Positions 10,089 through 20,344 of a DNA stretch of 64,000 nucleotides are shown here, in pieces. Position 1 is the first letter of the stretch; every line of letters starts with the position of its first letter. Source of the stretch: an uncultured Planctomycetota bacterium (GTDB lineage: Bacteria > Planctomycetota > Planctomycetia > Isosphaerales > Isosphaeraceae). A program made the position numbers and the translations under genes. The DNA lies in assembly GCA_963823665.1 (NCBI GenBank), contig CAWGMQ010000008.1, positions 2,080,001 to 2,144,000 on the forward strand. The letters are read 5' to 3'. The notes under the pieces are model-generated. The model was not told where the DNA came from. It saw only the letters and a list, made by a program, of their open reading frames with translations, and searched no databases.

Positions 10089-11669
10089 GCAGTGAATTCC
10101 TCTTGGCCAATTGATGCCTCCCGCTAAGCCGCCGCATTGGCCTTCCGGGCGGGCGAAGCTCCTGTGCCAGGACGTTCCTCTGAAATGGTAAGAAATGGTA
10201 AGAAATGATACTCGGTTGGAAGAATCTCAAAACGATCCACATTTCCCAAATCGCGTATCTCGCTCCAAACCAAAGTCTTGCACGCTAGCCCGACGGCGAC
10301 GCCGTGGAACGCGGTACCCCGGTTGAAAACCGCCCGCCATTCGGGCGCTCGAACCCGGGGCAGCCGCCCATCGCGCCAGCATCGCGCGATCGCAGACTCT
10401 GCCCTATGTATGATATGCGACGGGTTTCAGTGATCGGCAACAAAAGCACCCAAAAAAAGTGCAATCACTCAATTGACACGGCTGCAACATCACGAGTTAC
10501 GGCTTTGCGCGATTTCTTTGTTAATTGTGAACACGCGGTCGAATAATGACTCGTCAAGGGCGTGCTGAAAGTCAAACAGATCACCTCGGAGAACCTGAAT
10601 CAGCTCACCAGTGCTACCCAACTGAAGCAGCAACGCCATTCGCTTCCCAGAAAACCAACTGCCCAGGACGACACCAAAAAGCCCGCCTCGGGCATTGGCG
10701 CACCGGAGCAGGGGGGATGCACGTTCCAATCGGCCGAGCTCGGATTCGTTCGCGCATTTCAGCCACGTTGTCAAGTCACCGTTCATGGGTGTTTTCGTGA
10801 TCCAACCTTCACTCCAATTCCAAGTTACGCATTTCCAGCCACCTTAGCTGAACTGGGTTCGTTCGTCACATTTTGCGATTCACGGGATTGCCGTTTCTGT
10901 ACCAGCCCGGACCTGAATTGCCGAGCCGATTCTGATCCCGGGAGAGCGAAGCTCCCGCTGAGCCGCAACGCGCAAACACCGTATCTGACGTGCCCCGCCA
11001 CGACCGAGAGGGCCACCGAAATCCACGGAAATGACAACCGTTAGGCATAGTGAACAACCCCGGAGATTGAAAGTGGCAATTTTGCGTGGCACGTGCCATC
11101 CAACTTTTCGATCGCCCAAAATCGCGGAATTCAGTTCCGATCCATTTACACCGATTGGAGTTACGGGTGAAGTGCTTCGCGTGGAAACAACCGGTCACCG
11201 CCTCGAAAAATGGCAAAAAGTGGCAATATTCGGAGGGTCTTCCAGCATCCGTACACCAGTGTAAATTGGCAGCGCGGACATGCAGTACATGACCGTCGGC
11301 CGTCCTGCGTCGTCCATCGTTCCAAACGATCGATGAACGCGGCGGAAAGCCGCTGCCGTGACCATTGAGTTCACCACAGAATTTCACCCTGTCGACTCCC
11401 GATCCGGGTATCGTGTCATTCCCTCGCCTTGCCGATCACTAGGTGCGCCCTGGAAGAACCTCGGCGCAGAGTCTTCTTGACGAACGACGCACGTCGCCCT
11501 CTCTACCTGAAATGATCTACAAAAACGCCGAGCCAGTTTCCTGAAACGAGGCAAATTCCGGCTGTTTTTTCCAACCGCGGTCCGATTGTGCGAGTCGTAG
11601 GCAAAGTCCCGGAAAAACAGGCATTCAAGCGCGACGGACTAGCCTCCCAGGCCGCACCTGAGTCCCACA

Positions 11670-11780
11670 CTTTCCAGAGTTTCGCCGCTCGAGCCTGCGT
11701 ACCCCCAGCCGCTCCGACACCGCCGCCGGATCATCCCAGATCAGCTCCTTGGTCGAGACTTCGCAGCGGTTGAATGCTAC
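11670..11780 (-). pseudogene. Rpn remnant: ~27 N-terminal codons joined directly to the ARAAKLW segment
   Basis: AFNRCEVSTKELIWDDPAAVSERLG matches the start of the 34584 copy; CCAGAGTTTCGCCGCTCGAGCCT matches ~34917-34939. Confidence 0.8.
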
Positions 11781-11839
11781 AGAGAGGTCCCCGAATTCGT
11801 TCGCCCCGAGCTTCGAGAAGATCTCTCTGCAGCGTCGCT

Positions 11840-12733
11840 TCACTTCACCCTGAGCTGAAACCGCTGCTCGCCGATCTGGAATTGCGCCAGCGACTCCACG
11901 GTAATCTGCGGCATCCGCAGCCACAGTCCATTCGGCGTCTTGTGATGCTCGGCGTGCCAGTTTCCTCGAGGCCCGCGGTAAAGCCGCACGTGCCGCAGCT
12001 CGCAGAACGGGTCGTCAGCCCGACAGATCGGGCACGTTGGGTCGGCGCCGATCCAGTACTCATTCTTGACAAGGAGGATCCGGTTTCCGATGTCCTTTCC
12101 GATTAGCTCGGTCACAGCCGGCGGCCGGGTCGGGCTTGCGCCCTCGTCCAGCCCCTGAGTTTGGCCGAAACCCTGCTCGTTTCCGGCATGGTCGATCGTC
12201 GGCCCCGCGTCGACGACTGGTCCCTCGAACCGGTAGCGCCCGTTGCCGACCAGAAACTCCGCCTTCTCGGCGAGAACCGTCCTGCTCACGCGGACGAACA
12301 TCCCGTGCGTGCTCTGGAGGTCCGTGACAACCCAGCGATGCAGCCCGCCGACGACCTGGTGCGTGATCTCAACATGCCGCGCCGACATCCGCCCGTCGAG
12401 CGGAATACAGAAATCCCCTTCGGTTCGTCCGATGATGAATCGATGATCGCGGATGCGGATGATTTCACCATCGGTCTTGCCATCGTCAAACACGGTCAAG
12501 ACGGCAACCGGCGGCCGCGCCGTCGGGTGGAACGGCACGGCCGAACGCACCGCGCCGGGCGATGGCGGCGCCGAGACCGGGGCAGAGGATTCGACCGCGA
12601 CCGGCGGGCCGGGCTGCCGTCCCTTGTGACCCGACAGCAACGCATGTCGGATCTCATCGTCAGTTTCGATCAAGGTGCCGGACCGTTCGACCTGAGGGTT
12701 CGGTTGACCGGGTTCAGTTGGCTGGGACATCAT
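11840..12733 (-). CDS. Double-FHA domain protein (unit A)
   Basis: IGRTEG..MSARH..DLQSTHG; close paralog of 20345..21235; GGAGGT RBS. Confidence 0.85.
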   Translation of the reverse strand: MMSQPTEPGQPNPQVERSGTLIETDDEIRHALLSGHKGRQPGPPVAVESSAPVSAPPSPGAVRSAVPFHPTARPPVAVLTVFDDGKTDGEIIRIRDHRFIIGRTEGDFCIPLDGRMSARHVEITHQVVGGLHRWVVTDLQSTHGMFVRVSRTVLAEKAEFLVGNGRYRFEGPVVDAGPTIDHAGNEQGFGQTQGLDEGASPTRPPAVTELIGKDIGNRILLVKNEYWIGADPTCPICRADDPFCELRHVRLYRGPRGNWHAEHHKTPNGLWLRMPQITVESLAQFQIGEQRFQLRVK

Positions 12734-12804
12734 TCACCTCCTTTCCGCGGGCAATCCACTCCAGCGACAGAATCGTTACACACGCGCCTGCATTCCACCT
12801 GTGT

Positions 12805-15800
12805 TCAGCGGCCAAACTGACCCAGGACCACGCGGAAGCCCAAGTTGCCCCACCGCCAGTCCGGAGCGAGCGCCTCGCCGAACGCCGATCGGCAGTCGCG
12901 GGGCCCGCCGTACCAGCTCCCGCCGCGGAATATCCGGTTCGAACCCCTCGCCGGGCCGGTCGGGTCGTCCGCCGGCGACTGATTGTAATAGCCCGCGCCC
13001 TGCCAATCCCAGCACCATTCCCAGACGTTCCCATGCATGTCGTACAGCCCGAAACCATTCGGCTTTTTCAGGCCCGTCGGGTGCGTTCGCGAATCGGAGT
13101 TACGTTTGAACCACGCATAGTCGTCCAGCTCTCCCGCATCATTACCGAACGAGAAGCGCATCGGAGTGGACGCGATCGCCCGGCAGGCGTATTCCCACTC
13201 CGCCTCCGTCGGCAATCGATACCCCGGCCCGTTCCAGTCCGGAACGCGGATCTCTTTCCCACCGATCTCATAGAACGGCTTCTTACGCTCCTTCTCGCTG
13301 AGCTTGTTGCAGAACTGAGTCGCCTCCAGCCAGGTGACGTTTTCCACCGGATGCCGGTCGGTCGAGTGCCCCGCGACCAAGTCCTTGCCCGAACCATTTG
13401 CTGAGAACGTGCTCGGATTGTTCCCCATCACAGCCTCATATTGCGCCTGGGTGACCTCGCAAACGCCCAGGTAGAACGGTTTGCTGATCCGCACTTTGTG
13501 CTGCAGCTTCTCGGGGGCACTGGAATCCTTGTCGCCGTCGGACGGCCCCATCAAGAATTCACCGGCCGGAATCAGCTTGAGCGTCACGCCGATCGAGTTC
13601 GTGATTGACTCCTGAGTTGAGGGAGTCTTGACCGCGCGGACTGCGTCGGGGCGGCCAGACTGACCCAGAGCCAGACGGAAGCCCACGTCGTAAGTCCGGT
13701 ATTCTGGAACGTGCCAGTTGCGGCTCGCTGACCGGTGTTGGCCGGGATCGCTGAGCCAGCCCCCGCCGCGGAACATTCGGCACTCGCCGTCCCCACCACG
13801 CTCGTGGACCCGGGTGATCGAGGCCCCCGCGGGGCCGGTTGGGTTGTCCGCGGCTGACTGAGTGTAATAGCCCTCGCCGTACCAATCCCAGCACCACTCC
13901 CAGACGTTCCCATGCAGGTCATACAGCCCAAATCCATTCGGCTTTTTCTGGCTCACCTGGTGCGTTCGCAAATCGGAGTTACCCTTGAACCACCCATATT
14001 CGCCCAGCTCCGGCGCATCGTCACCGAATGAGTAGCGCGTCGGGGTCGGCGCGTTCGCCCTGCAGGCGTATTCCCACTCCGCCTCCGTCGGCAAACGATA
14101 GCCCGAGCCCGTTCCAGTCCGGAATCCGGATATCTTTCCCATCGATCTCATAGAACGGCTTCTTACCCTCCTTCTCGCTGAGCTTGTTGCAGAATTTGAC
14201 CGCGTCGAACCAGGAAACTTGCTCAACCGGATACTGGTCGGTCGACTGGCCTGCGACCTCATCCTTGCCTCGACCATTTGCGGAGAAGTAGCTCGGATTG
14301 TTACCCATCACGGCTTTGTACTGCGCCTGGGTCACTTCGTACACGCCCAGGTAGATACGACTGCTGATCCGCACCTTGTGCTGCGGCTTCTCGCTGGGAT
14401 CGGCATCCTTGTCGTCCGTCGGGCGAGCCCATCAGGAATTCGCCGCCAGGAATCAGCTTTAGCGTCATCCCGATCGAGTTTTTGATCGATTGCTGAGATA
14501 GAGCGAGTCTTGACCGCGGGGCCTGCGTCGGAGCGGACGTCTTTCTTCGCCGTCCGGGTTGAATCGGCACCGTCATCTTTCGGAAGTTCGTGGGGCAGTT
14601 TGGTGGAGGCTACAAACCGCACCGTGAACTTCTCTCTACCTGCCGCCTGCACGGTCACCTCGTCGCCGGATATCTCAAGCCCATCCTTCTTGACCATGAT
14701 CTTGTGCTTGCCGGCGGTGACCGTGACCACGGCGGGCTTGCCGCCGCCCGGCCAGGTGATGGCAACCTCCTCGCCGTCGACCAAGACCTCGGCATCCTTC
14801 GGGAGATTCACCAGCTCGATCATCCCGTTCGCGGTCTTCACCCTGATAACCAGCCCCCAAGCGACGACGAAACCGAGCAGCAACAAACCGGCCAAGGCCC
14901 ACCAGGCGCGGGCCCCGAGCCGATTCAGCTTCTCAACCGCAGTCGACCAGAGCGCGAGGTTCCTTCGACTCGCCGGCGGAGTAGCCACCGGAAGCGGTGT
15001 ATCCAGAACCTTGTCGAACAGCGGATCCGTCTCGCGCGAGCTCGACCAGACCCTCCAGGATCGAACCCGGTTGCATGGGCGCCGGCGTCCTCCGCACGGC
15101 CGGCCGCGGTGGCGCCGAGGTCGTGGCGGGACTCGAATGTTTCGCCTCGGGTTGACCCGTCTGAGAGATCTCGGGATCCACGCCTTTCAGCGCCACGCTC
15201 CCCTTCTTGAAAAAAGGCGTCAGCGCCTGGGCCACCTCGCCGGGTGTCTGAAATCGCCGGCCCGGCTCCTTCGCCATCATCTTCGCCACCAACGCGGCCA
15301 GCTCGACCGGGACCTCGGGCCGGACAAGGTTCAGCGGCCCGGCGTCCATCGAGAAGTGGGCCTGGTACACATCCCATAGATGCTCGCCGCGGAATGGCGG
15401 TCCGCCGGTCAGGAGATAGTAAAACGTACAGCCCAGGCTGTAGATATCGGCGCGGATGTCCGCCGACTGGGCGTTGCGAATCTGTTCCGGAGCGATGTAG
15501 TCCGGCGTGCCCAGCATCTGGCCCTCGCGGGTCAGGCCGCCGTCGACCTCGCCCTCGCTGCTCACCTTGGCCAGTCCGAAGTCGAGAACCTTGACGACCG
15601 CTTTCTTCCCCTCAGGCGCGAGGATGAGGTTCGCCGGCTTGATGTCGCGGTGCACCATCCCTCGCTCGTGGGCGTGCTGCAACCCGAGCGCCGCCTGCTG
15701 AATAAAGTAGCAGGCGTGAGCCACCGGCAGCGGCCCCTTGGTCTTGACCATCTTTTGCAGGTCGAGACCCTCGACGTACTCCATCGCCAGCACAAGACCC

Positions 15801-16324
15801 TCGCCGAGCCGCAGGGCCGAATAGGCACCGACGATGTTGGTGTGATGCAGCTTGGCGGCCGACTGCACCTCGCGCAGGAACCGGTCGCGAACACCGGGCC
15901 GCTCGACCAGGTTCGCGCCGACAACCTTGAGTACCTCCAGACGCCCCATGAGCTTGTTGCGGGCAAGGTACACCACCCCCATCCCGCCTCGCCCTAATTC
16001 GCGCAGGATCTCGTAGTCGGCAAGGTCCGCCAGCCCCGGAGGCAGCGTGTCCGCCGGCGGCGGTGCAGTGGAGACGGCCGCCCCAACGCCGGCCGGAGAT
16101 CCGCCGAATTGCAAATTCTCCGTGGCCGAGATCCCCGGCTCTCCCTGCGCACCGCGAAGCCGCCCCAGAAAGCTGTCGGACGACATCTCGGCAACGCGGC
16201 GCTGACACTCCGAGCACGAGCTCAAGTGCGTGTTCACCGATTCTGCCGAGGCCTCATCAAGCTTGCCCAGACTGTAGGCCTGCAACGTCGGATCATTCGG
16301 GTGGACGGCGGCTGTGGCGCCCAT
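12805..16324 (-). CDS. Receptor kinase A: HxxxCxxC zinc finger, Ser/Thr kinase, TM, PEGA-like, two FGE-sulfatase (CLec) domains; about four frameshifts (~15030, ~14505, ~14420, ~14105)
   Basis: HLSSCSEC, GRGGMG, HRDIKPAN, DFG; twice YRLPTEAEWEYACRA..GNVWEWC..RGG.W..GFR; pieces lie in ORFs 14933, 14332, 14301, 14021 and 12805. Confidence 0.85.
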
Positions 16325-16480
16325 GGCAGGATCTCCGGAGGCGGAACAACTTCGACTTCGATCGCTCAATCACTAATCAAGAAAGGCCGCATCAGCGCGA
16401 AACCTGCCGCGAAAACAACAGAATATCCCGAGAAACGTTCGAGCTCTACCCGTAACTGCTTGAAATCTCACGACTTGGCC
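16325..16480 (-). promoter_or_regulatory. Conserved kinase leader, copy A
   Basis: Near-identical to 19460-19614 and 25062-25216. Confidence 0.75.
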
Positions 16481-16566
16481 TGACGATGAATTGTGCGCCA
16501 GCGCGACGAACCAGAATACGCTCGTCGCCGCCCGACGCTCGGCAGCCCTCGGCAGGCCCTGGCGGC

Positions 16567-16658
16567 TCACGGTGCGCTGAGCAGATCCTGCCAGCCATGG
16601 AGTTGCCGGAGTGCTCGACCGGGGCATCCGGCTGCTCGGGCTTCGGTTGTTCGGGCAC
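16567..16658 (-). pseudogene. Deletion scar: first 18 codons of the FHA gene fused to the last ~12 codons of Rpn
   Basis: MPEQPKPEQPDAPVEHSG matches the start of the 21235 gene; TCACGGT..GAGCAGATCCT.CCAGCCATGGAG matches 25303-25338. Confidence 0.8.
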
Positions 16659-16691
16659 GCTGCGCCGCCTTCCCGGGACAGGAAACTCGCC

Positions 16692-17216
16692 TCAGGACCT
16701 GGCCGCTTTACGACCCACGGCACGCGGTGATCGTTGGGCGCGGGTCTCGTGTTCCGCGCCCAATGTCGACTTTCGCTCCGCGAAAGTTCCTCCTCGTTGG
16801 GCGCGGGTCTCCCGACCCCGCCCGGAGTTCGACCGAAGGTCTCCCTGGTTCGCCGGCTTCTCGTTGCCAGGAGTCTCGGTCGGACACGACATCCCGACCA
16901 ATTCGAGCAGCCCGTTCGGATTCTGCCGGTAAACCTGGATCAGCCGAAGCACCGCCTGCGACGGTTTCCGGTTGCCTTGTTCCCAGCTCTGAACGGTCTT
17001 GGTCGACACGTTGAGCAACAGTGCGAAAACTGCCTGCGACATTCCACTCTCGTGGCGGAGCCTGATTAGCTCCGACGCATCGACCTCCGGCGGCCGGTCA
17101 GGCAGTTCGAGGGTCGTGGTCTTCAATGTAATCTCGCCCTTTGCATGGCGGATCGCTTCCTCGAGGCCCTTCCGAATCTGTGCTGCAACCGGAAGTCGCT
17201 GACGTTCATCTTTCAC
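16692..17216 (-). CDS. HigA/XRE-type HTH antitoxin-like protein (unit B); the ORF runs on through a REP pair
   Basis: QIRKGLEEAIR, MSQAVFALLLNVSTKTVQSWEQGNRKPS. Confidence 0.75.
   Translation of the reverse strand: MKDERQRLPVAAQIRKGLEEAIRHAKGEITLKTTTLELPDRPPEVDASELIRLRHESGMSQAVFALLLNVSTKTVQSWEQGNRKPSQAVLRLIQVYRQNPNGLLELVGMSCPTETPGNEKPANQGDLRSNSGRGRETRAQRGGTFAERKSTLGAEHETRAQRSPRAVGRKAARS
16733..16845. repeat. REP-like element pair
   Basis: GTTGGGCGCGGGTCTC..CCGCGCCCAA and GTTGGGCGCGGGTCTCCCGACCCCGCCC..GACCGAAGGTCTCC; same family as 1531-1655. Confidence 0.75.
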
Positions 17217-17320
17217 GTTCGCTTTGATCCGCTTCGGTGGGCACAACCACTTGTTCAGTTTCTGAACGACCCTGTGAACCTTAACCGACCGAATCTTTTC
17301 GACGATTGGCCCTAGCCACA

Positions 17321-19459
17321 TCAGAACGGCGCCGGCCCCTTCAACTGCAACAATTTGACCTCGATCTTGCGAATCTGAAGGGTCCCGCCCTTCGCAAGCC
17401 GAATCGCAATCTGACCCTGTTTCAGCATCGATCGCGTGTCCTCAAACGCGGACACCTCGCGGCCATTGACGCGCATCCGGAAAACGTTTCCCTCCGCGAT
17501 GATCTCTACCTTTTGCCACTTACCGTTGGGAAGACCGGGGAGCCCCGGCGCGGTGATTTCTCGGAGACCGTCCATGGTAGTCTGACTCCTGTCAGTCGCC
17601 CCCCCTCCGAACTTGAGTCTGTACTCGCCCAACAAGAGTCTTTCGCCGTCGAATGTCGATCCCCCCGCACAAAACCTGTAATACTTCACGGAACCCAGGG
17701 AATGGAACGCTCGAACAAGAAATATGTTATCCAAGCTACCGCTCACACGAACCTCCATGCGCAGGTGGAAGTTTTCGTAATCGAACCGTTCTGTGGCAAT
17801 CGTGGAAGCGTCAGTCGAACCCGAGCCTTGGATCGAACCATCATCCGCCACCGTCCAGTCGTTTTCGTCGCCAACGGGAAAAGTCCAGCCTGAGAGATCC
17901 CTCCCGTTGAACAATTTAACGAAACCAGGCTCCCCCGTCTCATGGTCCGCCTCGAATGACTTGCCATCAGGCGCGCTGAACGTCGCCACGTCCTTGTCTG
18001 TTTTGATGTAAACAACGACGCCCGCTGCGATGAAACTGAACAGCGACGCTGCGGCAGCAACCGCCGGCCACCGCCACCGCGGCCGAAAACGATTTGCCTG
18101 CACGGTGGTAGGCAAGGGCTCCGTCTCGTTGAACTCGACCAGACCATCCCACATGGGATCCCGGTGCGCCGCTTGCGTGGGGATCGCTTTCGCCGGCGCA
18201 GAAGCAGGAACGGGAGCAACATCCGCACTCGTCGTGCGGTGTGCCGACGCGCAATCTATGCCAGCCTGCGCCGGCCTTGCTTTCGACCGACCTGCCTGCG
18301 AGATATTGTGGCCAGATCCGCTCGATGCCGGGCTCCCCTTCCTGAAGAACGGCCCCAGCGCCTCCGCGACCTCCTTCGGCTCCTGAAACCGTCGCCCCAC
18401 GTCCTTCGCCAGCATCTTCGCAACCAGCGCCGCCAACTCCGCCGGAACCTCCGGCCGAACAAAATTCAGCGGATCCGCATCCCGCGACATGTGCGCCTGG
18501 TACATGTCATACAACGAGCTGGCCTGAACCGGCGGTCGACCCGTGAGGAGATGATAGAGCGTGCCGCCCAAGCAATAGATATCAGCCCGGATGTCGGCGG
18601 TCGTCGCATCAACAATCTGCTCCGGAGCAATGTAGTCAGGCGTGCCGAGCGCTTGCCCTTCCGACGTCAGCCGCAAGTCAACTTTCTCTTCACGCGTCAC
18701 GCGGGCCAGACCGAAGTCGAGGATCTTGACGGTCGACTTGTTCTTCTTATACGAGAGCATCAAGTTGCCGGGCTTCATATCCCGGTGAACCAAACCCTCC
18801 TCGTGAGCATGCTGAAGGCCCAAGGCCGCTTGGTGCGCATAGAAGCACGCATGGGCGACCGGCAACGCTCCCTTCGCCTTTACCATTCGCGATAGATCCA
18901 ATCCCTCGACGTATTCCATCGCAAGGACGAAGCTCTCACCAATCCGCGTCGCGTGATAAGCCGTCACAATGTTGGGATGGCGAAGCTTCGCGACAGCCCG
19001 GATCTCTCGCAGGAACCGCTCAAGCACACCGGGCCGTTCCATGATGTGCCGGCCCATCACCTTGAGCACCTCGTCGCGACCCATCAGCCGGTTATGAGCC
19101 AGGTACACCACCCCCATGCCGCCGCGGCCAAGCTCCCGCTTGATCTCATAGTCAGCGTGGTCAGCCAGACCAGGCGGCAACGTCTCAGCCGGCGGCGGCA
19201 CGACCGCGACAGCCGGCCGTTGGCCCAGCAGCGATGCACCAAACTGCGACTTGTCCGTGGCCGACATCCCCGGGCCAACGCGCGCCTCGCGAAGCCGTCC
19301 CAGAAAACTGTCGGACGACATCTCCGCAACCCGGCACTGACACTCCGAGCACGAGCTCAGATGCTGATTCACCGATTCAGCCGAAGCGTCATCGAGCTTG
19401 CCCAGACTGTAGGCCGGCAAAGTCGGATCATTCGGGTGGACGGCGTCTGTGGCGCCCAT
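17321..19459 (-). CDS. Receptor kinase B: zinc finger, Ser/Thr kinase, TM, DUF1080 (3-keto-disaccharide hydrolase-like)
   Basis: HLSSCSEC, HRDMKPGN; LFNGRDLSGW..YENFHLRME..GQIAI..IRKIEVK. Confidence 0.9.
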   Translation of the reverse strand: MGATDAVHPNDPTLPAYSLGKLDDASAESVNQHLSSCSECQCRVAEMSSDSFLGRLREARVGPGMSATDKSQFGASLLGQRPAVAVVPPPAETLPPGLADHADYEIKRELGRGGMGVVYLAHNRLMGRDEVLKVMGRHIMERPGVLERFLREIRAVAKLRHPNIVTAYHATRIGESFVLAMEYVEGLDLSRMVKAKGALPVAHACFYAHQAALGLQHAHEEGLVHRDMKPGNLMLSYKKNKSTVKILDFGLARVTREEKVDLRLTSEGQALGTPDYIAPEQIVDATTADIRADIYCLGGTLYHLLTGRPPVQASSLYDMYQAHMSRDADPLNFVRPEVPAELAALVAKMLAKDVGRRFQEPKEVAEALGPFFRKGSPASSGSGHNISQAGRSKARPAQAGIDCASAHRTTSADVAPVPASAPAKAIPTQAAHRDPMWDGLVEFNETEPLPTTVQANRFRPRWRWPAVAAAASLFSFIAAGVVVYIKTDKDVATFSAPDGKSFEADHETGEPGFVKLFNGRDLSGWTFPVGDENDWTVADDGSIQGSGSTDASTIATERFDYENFHLRMEVRVSGSLDNIFLVRAFHSLGSVKYYRFCAGGSTFDGERLLLGEYRLKFGGGATDRSQTTMDGLREITAPGLPGLPNGKWQKVEIIAEGNVFRMRVNGREVSAFEDTRSMLKQGQIAIRLAKGGTLQIRKIEVKLLQLKGPAPF

Positions 19460-19614
19460 GGCAGGATCTCCGGAGGTTTAACAACTTCGACGTCGATCGC
19501 TCAATCACTAATCAAGAAAGGCCGCACCAGCGCGAAACCTGCCGCGAAAACAAAAGAATATCTCGAGAATCGTCCAAGCTCTACCCGTAACTGTTTGAAA
19601 TTTCACGAGTTGGC
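19460..19614 (-). promoter_or_regulatory. Conserved kinase leader, copy B
   Basis: Near-identical to copies A and C. Confidence 0.75.
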
Positions 19615-19715
19615 CCAATGGACGATTTTGCGCCCAGGCGATGGAAGCGACTACATTCCACTCGATCTGGTGCATCCCAATCACCAGCGGCTTCGGGGGC
19701 CCGTCGGCGATCCAT

Positions 19716-20284
19716 TCACGAACCGTTAAGCAGGTCGTTCCAGTCGAGGACATCAGGGTCGAGGACTCGCTCACCGATGGCCTCGAGACGGTCGATGTCC
19801 TTGATCGCCTCGAGCGCGCTGACGGTTGTTGCGTCAGGCTCTCCGAATCGCTTGGTCCCCTGACGAATCAAGAACCGTCGCGCCTCCTCCAACCGTCCAT
19901 CATTGATGATTTTTCGATAGGTCGTCGACTCGTGCATCGTCTGAACCCCCCAAGAACTGAAAATGTAAGCTCGTCGGGAAAGCGCAGCCCCATCAACGAA
20001 TACGTCGCGGTCCAGAGCGTGGCGGACCTGGATCCCGGCTCGCCATTGATGCGTTCCGCCATTCGCCGCACAAGCCTTGGCAAGTCACCCTCCGGCACGT
20101 CGGTCAATGCTGCCAGCGGCACCAGCCCGACCCCGGCCGTCAGGAAAAATGGGGGCAAGTTCGTGATATCCGAATCGATCACCTCAATCGGCCCAGCGGG
20201 CCCGATCCGCAGCCCCTCCAGCCACTCCGTGGGCCCATCCCAGATCAGCTCCTTGGTCGAGATGTCGAAGCGGTCGAATTCCAC
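19716..20284 (-). pseudogene. Rpn copy with the nuclease core deleted plus a frameshift; C-terminal 73-codon ORF (19716..19937) intact
   Basis: ..VIDSDIT jumps to FLTAGVGLVPLA; 3' part near-identical to 25303-25740. Confidence 0.85.
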
Positions 20285-20344
20285 GATGTGATTTCCAGTT
20301 AATGCGCGCCGCCATCGTGATCCATAACGTCTTTGCCCCGCGGT

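Noticed and set aside
10490..11387. ORFs in the 10.1-11.6 kb interval
   Set aside because: Mutually overlapping, no motifs and no clear coding bias.
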